A DNA stretch of 64,000 nt from an uncultured cyanobacterium (GCA_963706595.1 OY970166.1:3776001-3840000), one strand, 5' to 3'. Positions 1 through 12,356 are shown, counted from the stretch's first letter. Program-made: numbers and translations. The notes: a model not told the origin generated them from the letters alone.

Positions 1-875
<875 letters not shown>

Positions 876-906
876 TCAGGGAGTAAGTCAATTTGATTTG
901 GAATTA

Positions 907-974
907 GGCGTTGGGCGTTGGGCGTTGGGCGTTGGGCGTTTTTCTTCCCCACTCCCTACTCCCTACTCCCTATT
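907..974. repeat. Heptamer tandem repeats (STRR-type; GGCGTTG and CCCTACT units) in the groES-groEL spacer
   Basis: 7-bp tandem units are directly visible. Confidence 0.85.
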
Positions 975-979
975 CCCCA

Positions 980-1291
980 TTACATGACGACTGCTAAGAT
1001 GTCTTTTTCTGAAAGCAGTACGTATTCTTCTGTTCCGAGCTTGATATCAGTGCCAGCGTACTTGGAGTACAACACTTTATCGCCGGTTTTGATGTCTAAT
1101 TCTTGACGGCTACCGTCATCATTACGCTTGCCAGGTCCAAGAGCGACTACTTCGCCTACTTGGGGTTTTTCCTGGGCATTATCGGGTAAAAACAGTCCAC
1201 CTGCGGTCTTTTCTTCGGGGGCGCTCACTTTTACGAAAACGCGATCGCCTAGGGGTTTAACTGTGGAAACGCTTAAAGTTACAGCTGCCAT
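980..1291 (-). CDS. groES: Co-chaperonin GroES
   Basis: [10 protein letters not shown]...[11 protein letters not shown]...[10 protein letters not shown]; 103 aa. Confidence 0.98.
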   Translation of the reverse strand: MAAVTLSVSTVKPLGDRVFVKVSAPEEKTAGGLFLPDNAQEKPQVGEVVALGPGKRNDDGSRQELDIKTGDKVLYSKYAGTDIKLGTEEYVLLSEKDILAVVM

Positions 1292-1334
1292 AAATATTTA
1301 TTTTCTTTTCTCTTCTCTTAGAGTTTTCTTAGAG

Positions 1335-1361
1335 TTAGCACTCTCAACTCCTGAGTGCTAA
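1335..1361. promoter_or_regulatory. CIRCE operator (HrcA site), overlapping the putative -10 of the groESL promoter
   Basis: Perfect TTAGCACTC-N9-GAGTGCTAA. The minus strand has TTGCCA-N18-TAGATT at 1389..1360. Confidence 0.95.
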
Positions 1362-1400
1362 TCTACCTAAAATCAACAGACAATGGCAACGAGGACTTGA

Positions 1401-1416
1401 GTACGGGTTCCCGCAC
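1401..1416 (-). promoter_or_regulatory. K-box, cyanobacterial groE positive element
   Basis: Minus strand GTGCGG-GAAC-CCGTAC has one mismatch to the consensus GTTCGG-NNAN-CCNNAC and lies just upstream of the -35. Confidence 0.7.
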
Positions 1417-1560
1417 TAGGCGATCGCTCAATTACTTAAGTACAAATACTCAAATATTTTTATCTATCGGGTTTTGCTCGGTAAGTTACGAATATTCTTT
1501 TATCGCTAAATTTATTTGCAAAGCCGGGAAATTGTTATAGAACTGTAATCAGGGTGCTTC

Positions 1561-2068
1561 GTGATGAGTAAGATTACAGTGATCCAGTGCCGCCGTCAAA
1601 TCCCCAAAATCACTCAGCCTCTGGACGACAAAGCCTTAAGTAATTGTGTAGAAACTTTAGGACTGGCAAAAATTCAGCGACACATTTTGATCTTTGCTGA
1701 CGAGACAGTTGCTAACTTATGTGCAAAACAAGTTAGTCTGGGATCTTGGGAATACCTAAGAAAAACGGCGAATTCAAGAATTAAAACTTGATCAGCACCA
1801 AGACAGTTTCCCATTTGCATCGTTAGGACTAAAGCCAATTGCTTGCGAGTTTGTGGTTCTAGACCGATAATGGTGTTCTACCCAGATGGTGCCTGGTATT
1901 GCCTTTGCAAAACCAGAAGTTATTGAGCAAATCATCCCAGAACACTTGATAGGCATGATGATGGTGGAAGAATATACATTTTTAACCCATCTTTTGCCGA
2001 AAATCTCCCTACTTGCTTGTAAACCTTTGATAAAGGCTGAACATCCGCAGGATATGATAAAGCAGTAA
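1561..2068 (+). pseudogene. Thioredoxin-like (2Fe-2S) ferredoxin family protein, frameshifted
   Basis: Family-like segments fall in different frames: LGLAKIQRHILIFAD...SWEYL / RTKANCLRVCGSRPIMVFYPDGAWY / PEVIEQIIPEHLIG. Confidence 0.7.
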
Positions 2069-2364
2069 GCATCTGAAAGCGCGGGTTGTTTTGAAGTTAG
2101 GGTCATCTTGAGCCAATACGTACCTCATGAATCGGAAAGATGATATTTAATCAGTGTTTTTTCACCCGCCCCTTTCAAAGCGATATATAATAGCGCATTA
2201 TAAATACTATTGCTCTACGTATCCTTACCGGAGTCTACCAATGAGATGGAAGTTTCATAGAAAGTGTTCACCACTTTTGAAATTTCCCGCAAAACAAAGG
2301 CAAGTTAAGTAGGATAAAGGACAACATCTCAATGATCCACCATAAAGGATAACCATTCAAGACC

Positions 2365-3045
2365 TTGATGGACCGAAGCGCGACAAGTGCCACTGCTATG
2401 AAAGAACCCAGCATGAAAGATCATAAAAGACTGCTACTGATTGATGACGACCCTAACCTCATCTTGCTGGTGAAGGATTACCTGGAATTCAGAGGCTATG
2501 AAGTCAACACTGCCGAAAATGGAAGAGAAGCCCTGGATATTCTTGAACAAGATATTCCAGATATGATCATCTGTGACGTAATGATGCCGGAAATGGACGG
2601 ATACACTTTTGTAGAACAAGTCCGACAAAATGAACGCACCGGCTGGATTCCCGTACTTTTCCTCTCAGCCAAAGGACAAAGTGCAGACCGAGTTAAAGGT
2701 CTGAATAAAGGGGCTGACGTATATATGGTCAAGCCCTTTGAACCAGAAGAACTCGTAGCACAAGTAGAATCTTCCCTGAAGCAAACTACTCGTTGGAAAG
2801 AACACCAAGCCAAAGGAGGCGAAAACGGTTCCCGTATTCAGGTTCCCTTTGATGTCCAGTTAACCCCAACAGAACTGAAAGTAGTACAGTTTGTGGCTAG
2901 GGGTTTAGCTAATCGGGAAATTGCTGAAGAATTAAACGTTAGTCAGCGTACAGTTGAAAGCCATGTGTCCAATATGTTGGGTAAAACCAACCTCCACAAC
3001 CGCACCGAACTAGCGCGTTGGGCGATTGAAAATCAAATGGCTTAA
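2365..3045 (+). CDS. NarL/LuxR-family response regulator (REC + HTH); start may be downstream (ATG 2368, 2398 or 2413)
   Basis: LLLIDDD...ICDVMMP...KPF receiver; LTPTE...GLANREIAEELNVSQRTVESH LuxR HTH. Confidence 0.92.
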   Translation: MMDRSATSATAMKEPSMKDHKRLLLIDDDPNLILLVKDYLEFRGYEVNTAENGREALDILEQDIPDMIICDVMMPEMDGYTFVEQVRQNERTGWIPVLFLSAKGQSADRVKGLNKGADVYMVKPFEPEELVAQVESSLKQTTRWKEHQAKGGENGSRIQVPFDVQLTPTELKVVQFVARGLANREIAEELNVSQRTVESHVSNMLGKTNLHNRTELARWAIENQMA

Positions 3046-3331
3046 ACCCTCAGCTAATTTCTGAAGTTCAGAGTTTTGAGTTAGAACACAGTAGCCCAAA
3101 ACTCAAGCTGGTTATGGCATTTTGACTTCAGGTTGAAAGCTAATAGATTATGAATTGTGAAGCTAAATTTGGATTTTTTTAATTCAAACTTCATAATTCA
3201 TAATTCATCATACAGTCCTCAACTGCGATGTTCCAACCCGGATATCACCTAAAATTATCACTACATCACCCCACGCAAATCTTCCATCTGGGCAACTGGA
3301 AATAACCGTGTGGCTTTTGCCTCTTACCTGA

Positions 3332-3625
3332 CTAAGTAACTAAAACATACGGTTTAATACTTTCTCGAATCGCTTTACCGTTTGTTTGTTCAGCTACCTT
3401 AAGTTCATAATTCTTTTGAAGATTCATCCAAAGTTCAGCACCAGTGCCAAAATAATAACCTAACCTTAAAGCTGTATCGGCTGTTATCCCTCTTTGTCCA
3501 TTAATGATTTCAGTGATTCTATTTTTTGGGACATTGAGTTTACCAGCTAATTCACTAGCAGTTATGCCCAGTTGATTAATTTCATCAGCCAGAATTTCCC
3601 CAGGGTGAATAGGCGGACGTGCCAT
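3332..3625 (-). CDS. higA: HigA-family antitoxin (HTH)
   Basis: PIHPGEIL...RGITADTALRL...WMNLQ signature. Confidence 0.9.
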   Translation of the reverse strand: MARPPIHPGEILADEINQLGITASELAGKLNVPKNRITEIINGQRGITADTALRLGYYFGTGAELWMNLQKNYELKVAEQTNGKAIRESIKPYVLVT

Positions 3626-3636
3626 AAAATTCTCCT

Positions 3637-3873
3637 TTAGTGATAATCTACGATTTCAATGTTGAAGGGTGTAGGAGAATCATCAGGCCAATTAAAACAA
3701 ATGCGCCATTTATTATTTATTCGGATACTCTACTGACCCTTTCTGTCTCCTGATAAAGCTTCAAAACGATTACTTGGCAGTTGCATTAATGCTTCCTTGT
3801 TAGGGGCAGCTTCTAAAATGTCTAGACGTTTATACGCCTGCCTTTCAAAAGCCTGAAACTCTGACGGAGACAT
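3637..3873 (-). pseudogene. higB: HigB/RelE-family toxin with an internal nonsense codon and a probably truncated N-terminus
   Basis: ...LPSNRFEALSGDRKGQ*SIRINNKWRICFNW...IEIVDYH. TAG at 3730..3732 replaces the Tyr of GQYSIRIN. Upstream of higA. Confidence 0.85.
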
Positions 3874-4001
3874 ATCAAAACCAACAGCACAGCAATAAAA
3901 AGAAACCAGAGTTATGGGTTACGTAACTTGTAACTCATCCAATCATAACAAGGGATAAATCTTGGTTTTGCTGCACAAACTTAGCCTAACCTTTTATTTG
4001 G

Positions 4002-4081
4002 GTAGGGTGCGTTATGGACTTTAGTCCTAACGCACCGATAATCTAGAATGGTGCGTTGCGCTACGCGACAACACACCCTAC
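4002..4081. repeat. 80-bp dispersed palindromic element (GTAGGGTG...CACCCTAC); second copy at 54689..54768
   Basis: Near-identical 80-bp copies with inverted termini and internal hairpins. Confidence 0.9.
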
Positions 4082-4213
4082 AAAACATAATTTTGACTTA
4101 CCGAATCATTTGTGTTTACACCGTAGCCTTGCAGGGGAGAAGAATGGAAGCGGGGTTTTCCAGATCCCTTGAAAAGTAAGGACAATCCCCGACAATACTA
4201 CAATGCTACATTA

Positions 4214-5605
4214 CTAAAACTCGGCGCTTTGGGGTGTGCGAGGGAACGGTATGACATCACGGATATTCGCCATACCTGTCATAAATTGCACGAGTCTTTC
4301 AAAACCTAAGCCGAAACCAGCATGGGGAACACTACCATAACGGCGCAAATCCATATACCACCATAAGTCTTCTGGCTGCATTCCTTGGGCTAAAATGCGG
4401 CGTTCTAACACTTCTAGGCGTTCTTCTCTTTGGGAACCGCCAATAATTTCGCCAATTTTAGGTGCAAGAATATCCATTGCGCGCACGGTTTTTTCGTCAT
4501 CGTTCACACGCATATAAAAGGCTTTGATTTGCGCCGGGTAATCTGTGACAATTACGGGTTTTTTAAACAGTTGTTCGGCTAGATAGCGTTCGTGTTCTGA
4601 TTGCAAATCTAAGCCCCAACTGACTGGATATTCAAATTTAACATCGGCTTTTTCTAATAATTTGACGGCTTCTGTATAAGTTAAGCGCTCAAATTGATTA
4701 TTAATAATATTGTCGGCTGTTTCTAAGACGGTTTTATCAATGCGCTGGTTGAAAAATTCCATGTCTTCTGGGCATTTTTCTAAGACATATTTAAAAACGT
4801 GTTTCAGAAATGCTTCGGCTAAATCCATGTTCCCTTCTAGGTCACAAAATGCCATTTCTGGCTCGACCATCCAAAATTCGGCGAGGTGGCGGGAGGTGTT
4901 AGAATTTTCTGCACGGAAGGTGGGGGCGAAGGTGTAGACGTTAGAAAAGGCCATGGCCATGACTTCTGCTTCTAACTGTCCGCTAACTGTTAAATATGTG
5001 GGTTTTCCGAAAAAGTCTTGTGTGTAATCTACTGCTTCGCTTTTTGTGCGGGGAATGTTTTTTAAATCTAAGCTGGTAACGCTGAATAGTTCTCCTGCGC
5101 CTTCGCAGTCGTTAGCTGTAATGATGGGTGTATGTACCCATAAAAAGCCTCTTTGTTGGAAAAATTCGTGAATGGCCGCAGAACAGGCGTTTCTGACTCG
5201 GAAAACTGCACCAAAGGAATTAGTGCGCGATCGCAAGTGTCCAATTGTGCGTAAAAATTCAAAGGAGTGGCGTTTTTTTTGCAGAGGATAAGTTTCGGGA
5301 TCAGCTTCTCCGTAGACCTTCACGGCTTGGGCTTGTAATTCAATGCGCTGTCCCTTACCTTGAGAAGCTACCAGTACCCCACTGACTTCTACAGCCGCAC
5401 CTGTATTCAGTTTTTTGATGATTTCTTCGTAGTCTGGCAAATCCTGATTAATGACGGCTTGCAAATTAGCTAGAGATGAACCGTCGTTGACTTCGATAAA
5501 AGCAAATCCTTTTAACTCGCGTTTTGTTCTTACCCAGCCTTGAATGATGAGAGAATCATCAGGTTCACCACTCCGCAATACTTCGGCAATTCGTCGGTTT
5601 AACAT
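4214..5605 (-). CDS. asnS: Asparagine--tRNA ligase
   Basis: [38 protein letters not shown] class II motifs. Confidence 0.97.
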   Translation of the reverse strand: MLNRRIAEVLRSGEPDDSLIIQGWVRTKRELKGFAFIEVNDGSSLANLQAVINQDLPDYEEIIKKLNTGAAVEVSGVLVASQGKGQRIELQAQAVKVYGEADPETYPLQKKRHSFEFLRTIGHLRSRTNSFGAVFRVRNACSAAIHEFFQQRGFLWVHTPIITANDCEGAGELFSVTSLDLKNIPRTKSEAVDYTQDFFGKPTYLTVSGQLEAEVMAMAFSNVYTFAPTFRAENSNTSRHLAEFWMVEPEMAFCDLEGNMDLAEAFLKHVFKYVLEKCPEDMEFFNQRIDKTVLETADNIINNQFERLTYTEAVKLLEKADVKFEYPVSWGLDLQSEHERYLAEQLFKKPVIVTDYPAQIKAFYMRVNDDEKTVRAMDILAPKIGEIIGGSQREERLEVLERRILAQGMQPEDLWWYMDLRRYGSVPHAGFGLGFERLVQFMTGMANIRDVIPFPRTPQSAEF

Positions 5606-5689
5606 ATTATATAACTAGTATTTTGTCAAGTCAGATCAGACAGATATTAAATAATATTAACATTTAACTTAATCCTGCCAAGATTGGGA

Positions 5690-6058
5690 TTACCCGGCAC
5701 AGGATTTTAATATCCAGCCTATGATAACGCCCATACCACCAAAGCGGACAGCTTGCCAGAAAGGTTTTTTCAGACTGCGCCAAGAAAATAACTGGCTTTC
5801 TAAGTTAATTTCTAGGGCTTCTAACTGCTGTTGAATCTGCTGTAATTCTGCTTTGATTTCTGGTGTCTGGTGTTTATTTTGTTGTAATTCGTGACGATGC
5901 TGTTGCCATTGTGCCTTTTTTTGGCGATCGCTCTGCACTTGATTGTAACGTTCCTTTAAGGCGACAAGCGATCGCTCAACATCCTCTAGTTCTTCCTCAA
6001 AATCCGGTTCCTGATTTGACCCTGACGGCTGTGATTGTTTAGGCGGCTTCATTTTCAA
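5690..6058 (-). CDS. Conserved cyanobacterial coiled-coil protein with a C-terminal membrane anchor
   Basis: Q/E-rich helix followed by FWQAVRFGGMGVIIGW. Confidence 0.75.
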   Translation of the reverse strand: MKMKPPKQSQPSGSNQEPDFEEELEDVERSLVALKERYNQVQSDRQKKAQWQQHRHELQQNKHQTPEIKAELQQIQQQLEALEINLESQLFSWRSLKKPFWQAVRFGGMGVIIGWILKSCAG

Positions 6059-6139
6059 GTAGTAAACTATGATTAAATGCTAGTCAATACTCAAAATTTT
6101 AACTTTTGACTCAGCACTCAGCACTCACCAATTAAAATC

Positions 6140-6436
6140 ATGTCGAAATCTACCCAGCTTCCTAAAACCAGTCAACTGAATGAAGTTAGCACCTTAGAAC
6201 TAGCCCAAGCTCTGATGGAAAGGCTAAGTATCTCACCTAACGATTGGCATCGCCTCAAGTCTAACCGCAATTCTCGCGCTAGTGAACAAGCAGCCGCAGC
6301 AGTTTTGTATCTCGTCCAAAATCAGCCACAAGAAGCCATAGTTAGATTAGAACAAGCCGTTGGCTGGTTAGATAAGTCAATTTCCGCGCCTCCCTGTGAA
6401 AGTCACGGGAATAAGGGAGTGGGGAGTAGGGAGTAG
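6140..6436 (+). CDS. Conserved cyanobacterial hypothetical protein
   Basis: LAQAL...DWHRLK...PPCESHG; the 3' end runs into STRR repeats. Confidence 0.75.
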   Translation: MSKSTQLPKTSQLNEVSTLELAQALMERLSISPNDWHRLKSNRNSRASEQAAAAVLYLVQNQPQEAIVRLEQAVGWLDKSISAPPCESHGNKGVGSRE

Positions 6437-6521
6437 GGGGAAGAAGCAGGGGAGCAGGGAGCAGGGGAGAAGAAGCAGGGGAGCAGGGAGCAGGGAGCAG
6501 GGGGGAAGGAATTTCTCAATC

Positions 6522-6660
6522 CTAGTTCCCGGTTCCGCACAGCATAAATAAACCAACCATTCCCAATCAATCAAAAGCCTATAGATTAAGTTTTTTGACT
6601 TTTGACCCTTCGACTGCGCTCAGGGTAAACTTTTGACTTTTGACTTCCGCTCTGCGGCCT
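6522..6660. mobile_element. Degenerate MITE-like repeat (TTTTGAC-containing family; relatives at 27192..27302 and from 34156)
   Basis: Shared TAAATAAAC..CCATT start and TTTTGACTTTTGACTTCCGC..GCGG end. Confidence 0.6.
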
Positions 6661-7109
6661 TAGCGTCTCAAAGACAAACGAGGGCGATTTGCCATTTCTT
6701 TACAAAGTCTCAATTCTGTACCTTTACGATTCCACTCTACTTGATCGAAAATTTGGTGCAGAAGACATAAACCACGACCATTTTCTGACTCATCGGGTGG
6801 TAAATAATCGGTTGGTTCTTCATCGTTAGTAGATGCGGGAATAAAACCTTGTCCTTGGTCTGATATTACCCACCAATACTGATTATCTATTAAGGAAAAC
6901 CGGACTACAACTGTTTTACTAGGATCAAGATTATTACCGTGTTTGGCTGCATTGACTAAGGCTTCTTGGAGTCCTAGCCTGAGTTCTGCTTGTAGTTTGG
7001 CGGGAATTTCCGCCAACAGTAAATCTAAAATTGGGCATAGATAAAGAGTTGAGGCGAAACTAATCGTACCCCAATTACGTCCAACCGGACGAAGGGAAAT
7101 GGTAATCAC
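6660..7109 (-). CDS. pmgA: Anti-sigma-factor-like HATPase protein (PmgA)
   Basis: GLQEALVNAAKHGN, SDQGQGF, GRGL RsbW-like motifs; N-terminus typical of cyanobacterial PmgA. Confidence 0.85.
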   Translation of the reverse strand: MITISLRPVGRNWGTISFASTLYLCPILDLLLAEIPAKLQAELRLGLQEALVNAAKHGNNLDPSKTVVVRFSLIDNQYWWVISDQGQGFIPASTNDEEPTDYLPPDESENGRGLCLLHQIFDQVEWNRKGTELRLCKEMANRPRLSLRR

Positions 7110-7533
7110 TAGAGAAACCCCGTAGCTTTCAGTTAGCTAGACATCAGTTTGCTAATACAGGCACCCTGATAAAAATTGAGGTGATCGTGCTGCCTTCAAA
7201 CTTGCGTCTTTAAATACTAAATTTTGAAAATGCTAGGGAGCATTGACTCTATTTAACAAATGAGATTGCTGATACATAAAACGGCTATAAAAAAGTTTTC
7301 ATACAGTTAGCAACTCAAAGCTCTGTAAATTTTTGGCAAGAGTAACAGGATGGTTTTGGGATTAGCGATTTTTGCTTTAGACTGCTTTAGACAATCTGAT
7401 TCATCTTGTTTAGAGTTGATGCTACTTGAGTTTTTGTCACAAAATCATTTTTATTTTGACCTTAATTTAATTTTAGCATTTTTGGTATGCAGTAGGCTAG
7501 GAATTTGAAATTTGAGTTTTTGTCCAAGACTCA

Positions 7534-8904
7534 CTAATCCTCTGTCAATGTGAGAGCATCTAGAAAGGCGACAGCTTCTACATGGGCTGTTTGAGGAAAG
7601 AAATCAGCCGGTTGTATCCGTGTAATGGTATATTGCCCATCTTGGCATAACAATTTCAAATCACGCGCCAGAGTGCTTACTTTACAGCTGACGTAAACGA
7701 TGCGTGAAGGTTTCGATCGCAATAAAGAATCGATCACGGCGCGATCGCATCCTTTGCGAGGCGGGTCAAGTAACACTACATCTGGTATAATTCCCATTTC
7801 TGGCAGCAATTTCTCTACTGCGCCTACTTGGAATGTGACATTATTAATGCCATTGATCTGGGCATTCAAAATTGCCTGCTGCACAGCTTCAGGTTGTAAT
7901 TCTATGCCTATGGCTTGGCGGACTTGTTTGGCTAAAGGCAATGTTAAAGTCCCAATACCACAATAAGCATCAACTAGCAACTCATGTCCTTGAAGATTGA
8001 GTTCGGATTGAATTACCTGTAATAGCGCTTCTGCGGTTTCTGTATAAACCTGGAAAAAGGTATCTGGAAGGATTTGAAATTCTAAATCAGCAAATTTTTC
8101 TCGCAGGTAGGGAACGCCAGCAATACAACGAGTTTCAGAACCAAAAATAGCATTTGTGCGATCGCTATTGCGATTTAACGACACACCCATTAATTGGGGA
8201 TAGCGCTTTAACCATTCCTGGGCTTGGGTTTCAATTCCTGATAAATTCCAATCCTTGACTACCAAAGTCAACAACATTTCCCCAGTCCGTCGTCCAATGC
8301 GTAAACCCAGATGGCGGATTTGTCCTTGGTGTTTGCGTTCATCGTAAATTCGCCATCCACGCTGTTGGATGTCTTGTTTGACTTCAGCCAATAAAGGATT
8401 TAAGCGTGAATCTTGAACAGGACATTGATTCAAATTCACTAATTGATGGCTACCTTTTTGGTAGTAACCAGCCTGTACTTGACCTGTGGCGGAAATTCCC
8501 AGAGGATAAGTAGATTTATTGCGATAGCCCAAAGGTGCAGATGCAGTCAGCATCGGATCTACTGGGGGATTGACAAAACCACCAATACGTTGTACAGCTT
8601 GAATAACTTGATTATGCTTTGCTAAAAGCTGATATTCATAATCAATATGTTGCCACTGACAACCTCCACACTTATCAGCCACAATGCAACTCGGACGCAC
8701 CCGATGAGGAGAGGCTTCTAATAGCTCATGCAGTTTGCCGTGAGCATATTTAGGCTTAACGTATACCAAGCGTACTATAGCGCGATCGCCTGGAACCGTA
8801 TCGGGAACAAAAACCACCTGTTCCTCAAAGCGTCCCACACCTTCACCTGTATTACTCAGGTCTGCGATCGCAATTTCAATTAAATCACCCTGTTGTTTAG
8901 TCAT
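7534..8904 (-). CDS. rlmD: 23S rRNA (uracil-1939-C5)-methyltransferase
   Basis: TRAM domain, CGGCQWQH Fe-S motif, DAYCGIG, LDPPRKG, YVSC, DFFPQTAHVE. Confidence 0.93.
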   Translation of the reverse strand: MTKQQGDLIEIAIADLSNTGEGVGRFEEQVVFVPDTVPGDRAIVRLVYVKPKYAHGKLHELLEASPHRVRPSCIVADKCGGCQWQHIDYEYQLLAKHNQVIQAVQRIGGFVNPPVDPMLTASAPLGYRNKSTYPLGISATGQVQAGYYQKGSHQLVNLNQCPVQDSRLNPLLAEVKQDIQQRGWRIYDERKHQGQIRHLGLRIGRRTGEMLLTLVVKDWNLSGIETQAQEWLKRYPQLMGVSLNRNSDRTNAIFGSETRCIAGVPYLREKFADLEFQILPDTFFQVYTETAEALLQVIQSELNLQGHELLVDAYCGIGTLTLPLAKQVRQAIGIELQPEAVQQAILNAQINGINNVTFQVGAVEKLLPEMGIIPDVVLLDPPRKGCDRAVIDSLLRSKPSRIVYVSCKVSTLARDLKLLCQDGQYTITRIQPADFFPQTAHVEAVAFLDALTLTED

Positions 8905-9095
8905 TAGTCATTAGTTATTAGTCATTGGTCATTAGTCATTAGTCATTGGGAAGTTACCGTCTTCTCCCCCCTGCTCCCTGCTCCCTGCTCCCCTGCCTCT
9001 TCCCCCCCCACTCTTCATATTTGTAATTTTCCTTTCTTTGTGTACCTCCAACTCGTTAAACTAGCAAATAATATTTCGTGTGATTGTATATAGCT

Positions 9096-9581
9096 ATGAC
9101 TGTCATTAGCCAAGTTATTCTCAAAGCCGACGACCAACTGCGTTATCCCAGCAGTGGCGAACTCAAAAACATCAAAGACTATTTGCAAACTGGTGTACAA
9201 CGGACGCGCATTGCTGCGACTTTAGCTGAGAACGAAAAAAAGATTGTTCAAGAAGCCACCAAAAAGCTTTGGCAAAAACGCCCAGACTTTATCGCCCCCG
9301 GCGGTAATGCTTATGGTGAACGTCAACGTTCCCTGTGTATCCGTGACTTTGGCTGGTACTTGCGCCTCATTACCTATGGCGTACTCGCTGGCGACAAAGA
9401 TCCAATTGAAAAAATTGGTTTAATTGGCGTGCGAGAAATGTACAATTCGTTAGGTGTTCCGGTTCCAGGTATGGTAGAAGCTATCACTGCCTTGAAAACA
9501 GCCTCTCTTGACTTACTAAGTGCGGAAGATGCAGCCGAAGCAGCACCCTACTTTGATTACATCATCCAAGCGATGTCTTAA
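9096..9581 (+). CDS. apcD: Allophycocyanin-B alpha subunit
   Basis: [23 protein letters not shown]...[16 protein letters not shown]; 161 aa. Confidence 0.95.
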   Translation: MTVISQVILKADDQLRYPSSGELKNIKDYLQTGVQRTRIAATLAENEKKIVQEATKKLWQKRPDFIAPGGNAYGERQRSLCIRDFGWYLRLITYGVLAGDKDPIEKIGLIGVREMYNSLGVPVPGMVEAITALKTASLDLLSAEDAAEAAPYFDYIIQAMS

Positions 9582-9664
9582 TCAAGTTGGTGTTGGTTTT
9601 TGGATTGTAATTCCAATCGACTCAAGTTAATTAGATCCATAAGATTCATCATTTGATCATAACC

Positions 9665-9725
9665 TCCCCACATTTGGTAATAGCTTTGGCAAAATCTCTG
9701 TCAAGTTATTAACTGGATGTGGGGA
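9665..9725 (+). other. Long imperfect stem-loop downstream of apcD
   Basis: TCCCCACAT...ATGTGGGGA outer arms and TAATAGCTT/AAGTTATTA inner arms; mismatches resolve as G-U pairs on the + strand. Confidence 0.55.
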
Positions 9726-9974
9726 AATTTTAACAGATGCTCATCGTGATATAGAAGTCCTAAATCATTTGTGAACCTCTTTCCTTCTTCTCTTGGCGCT
9801 CTTGGCGGCTTGGCGGTTCAATAATTTTGACAATTGGTATCAGCACTCAGCAACTGATAATTTCAGTAGTTCAACAAAACATATCCAAAAAAATATGAAT
9901 TGCATCGAGAAAACTGCACATATAGGTAACTAAATCGATACAATAATTCTCTGTACTCTTGGTGCATTATTTCC

Positions 9975-12356
9975 ATGACCGCCACATCCCCGACTCCCTT
10001 TTCCCCGCAAGAAATCGCCGCCGAAGGTTTAAAACCAGAAGAATATGCAGAAATTGTCAACCGCTTAGGGCGACATCCCAACAAAGCTGAACTGGGAATG
10101 TTTGGGGTGATGTGGTCTGAACATTGCTGTTATAAAAATTCCCGCCCATTACTCAAACAATTTCCCACCACAGGTCCCCGCATCCTCGTTGGCCCTGGTG
10201 AAAATGCTGGAGTTGTGGACATAGGCGACGGACGACAATTAGCATTTAAAATTGAATCTCATAACCACCCCTCAGCCGTTGAACCTTTCCAAGGCGCAGC
10301 TACTGGTGTGGGCGGGATTCTCAGAGATATCTTTACAATGGGGGCGCGTCCCATTGCTTTATTAAATTCTTTACGTTTCGGTGATTTAGACGACCCCAAA
10401 ACCCAAAGATTGTTTACAGGTGTTGTCGCGGGAATCTCCCATTATGGTAATTGCGTTGGGGTTCCTACTGTGGGCGGTGAAGTTTACTTTGACAAAGCTT
10501 ACTCCGGAAATCCCTTAGTCAACGTGATGGCGCTGGGATTGATGGAAACGCCAGAAATTGTTAAATCGGGGGCTTCTGGTTTCGGGAATCCGGTGCTGTA
10601 TGTCGGTTCTACCACCGGACGCGATGGCATGGGAGGGGCAAGTTTTGCTAGTACCGAATTAAGTGAACAGTCACTAGATAACCGTCCCGCAGTGCAAGTA
10701 GGCGACCCATTTATAGAAAAGTCTTTAATTGAAGCTTGTTTAGAAGCGTTTAAAACTGGTGCTGTGGTCGCCGCCCAAGATATGGGTGCTGCTGGTATCA
10801 CCTGTTCGACATCAGAGATGGCGGCTAAAGGTGGTGTGGGGATTGAATTCGATTTAGATAAAATTCCGGTGCGGGAAACAGGAATGGTTCCCTATGAATA
10901 CTTGCTTTCGGAATCTCAAGAAAGAATGCTATTTGTCGCCCACAAGGGGCGCGAACAAGAGCTAATTGATATTTTTGAACGTTGGGGACTTCATGCTGTG
11001 GTTGCGGGTACGGTGATTGCTGAACCCATTGTGCGGATTTTCTTCCAGGGTAAAATAGCCGCAGAAATTCCGGCTGAGGCTTTGGCGGAAAATACCCCCC
11101 TTTATGAACGGGAATTGTTGGCGGAACCACCAGAATATGCCCGTGAAGCTTGGAAATGGTCGCCTGATTCTTTACCTGTTTGCACAACCTCTGGGATTGA
11201 AATTCAAGGAAAATTGCAATCTTGGGATGATATTCTGTTAACTTTGCTCGATACGCCGACAATCGCTTCTAAAAGTTGGGTCTATCGCCAATATGACCAT
11301 CAAGTTCAGAATAATACTGTGATTTTACCCGGTGGTGCTGATGCGGCGGTGGTGCGGTTACGTCCCTTGGAAAAAAATCAAAATGAAACTTCAGAACCTG
11401 AAACTTTTACAACAGGGGTGGCGGCGACTGTAGACTGTAATCCTCGTTATGTTTATCTTGACCCTTATGAGGGAGCAAAAGCAGTTGTAGCAGAAGCGGC
11501 TCGCAATCTCAGCTGTGTTGGTGCTGAACCTTTAGCAGTGACGGATAATCTCAATTTTGGCAGTCCAGAAAAACCCATTGGTTATTGGCAATTAGCTGAG
11601 GCTTGTCGGGGTTTGTCTGAAGGTTGTTTGGAATTGGCTACACCAGTTACAGGCGGGAATGTCTCTCTGTACAATGAAACTTTTGATTCTGAAGGTAATC
11701 CCCAACCAATTTATCCGACTCCGGTTGTGGGGATGGTGGGATTGATTCCCGATTTAACCAAAATTTGTGGTCAAGGTTGGCAAGCCGCAGGTGATTTAAT
11801 TTATCTTTTGGGTTTACCTCTGTCATCCCCCCTTAGTTTGGGTGCATCTGAGTATTTAGCCACTATCCACAATACTGTGGCTGGTAAGCCTCCACGGGTA
11901 GATTTTGATTTGGAACGTCGTGTACAGCAAGTTTGCCGTGACGGGATTCGTGCGGGTTGGATACGTTCCGCCCATGATTCTGCTGAGGGAGGAATAGCTG
12001 TTGCTTTGGCGGAATCTTGCCTTTCTGGTCAGTTAGGCGCGGAAATTAACATAGAAATTTCTGAAAACCAGTTAAATCGTCTGGATGAGGTGCTGTTTGG
12101 TGAGGGTGGGGCGAGAATTTTAGTTTCTGTTACACCATCAGAACAGAAAAATTGGGAATCCTACTTACAGGAGCATTTGGCAGAAAATTGGCAAAAGCTG
12201 GGTATGGTGGGGAATTCGGGCAATTCTGAAGCAGGTCTGGCAATTTTAACTTCCGATAACCAAACCTTAATCAAAGTTAGTATAGAACAAATGAGCGATC
12301 GCTATTTCCACGCGATCTCCAACCGTCTTGCGAACCCAACTAATACTCCCAATTAA
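9975..12356 (+). CDS. purL: Phosphoribosylformylglycinamidine synthase subunit PurL
   Basis: [41 protein letters not shown]. Confidence 0.98.
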   Translation: MTATSPTPFSPQEIAAEGLKPEEYAEIVNRLGRHPNKAELGMFGVMWSEHCCYKNSRPLLKQFPTTGPRILVGPGENAGVVDIGDGRQLAFKIESHNHPSAVEPFQGAATGVGGILRDIFTMGARPIALLNSLRFGDLDDPKTQRLFTGVVAGISHYGNCVGVPTVGGEVYFDKAYSGNPLVNVMALGLMETPEIVKSGASGFGNPVLYVGSTTGRDGMGGASFASTELSEQSLDNRPAVQVGDPFIEKSLIEACLEAFKTGAVVAAQDMGAAGITCSTSEMAAKGGVGIEFDLDKIPVRETGMVPYEYLLSESQERMLFVAHKGREQELIDIFERWGLHAVVAGTVIAEPIVRIFFQGKIAAEIPAEALAENTPLYERELLAEPPEYAREAWKWSPDSLPVCTTSGIEIQGKLQSWDDILLTLLDTPTIASKSWVYRQYDHQVQNNTVILPGGADAAVVRLRPLEKNQNETSEPETFTTGVAATVDCNPRYVYLDPYEGAKAVVAEAARNLSCVGAEPLAVTDNLNFGSPEKPIGYWQLAEACRGLSEGCLELATPVTGGNVSLYNETFDSEGNPQPIYPTPVVGMVGLIPDLTKICGQGWQAAGDLIYLLGLPLSSPLSLGASEYLATIHNTVAGKPPRVDFDLERRVQQVCRDGIRAGWIRSAHDSAEGGIAVALAESCLSGQLGAEINIEISENQLNRLDEVLFGEGGARILVSVTPSEQKNWESYLQEHLAENWQKLGMVGNSGNSEAGLAILTSDNQTLIKVSIEQMSDRYFHAISNRLANPTNTPN

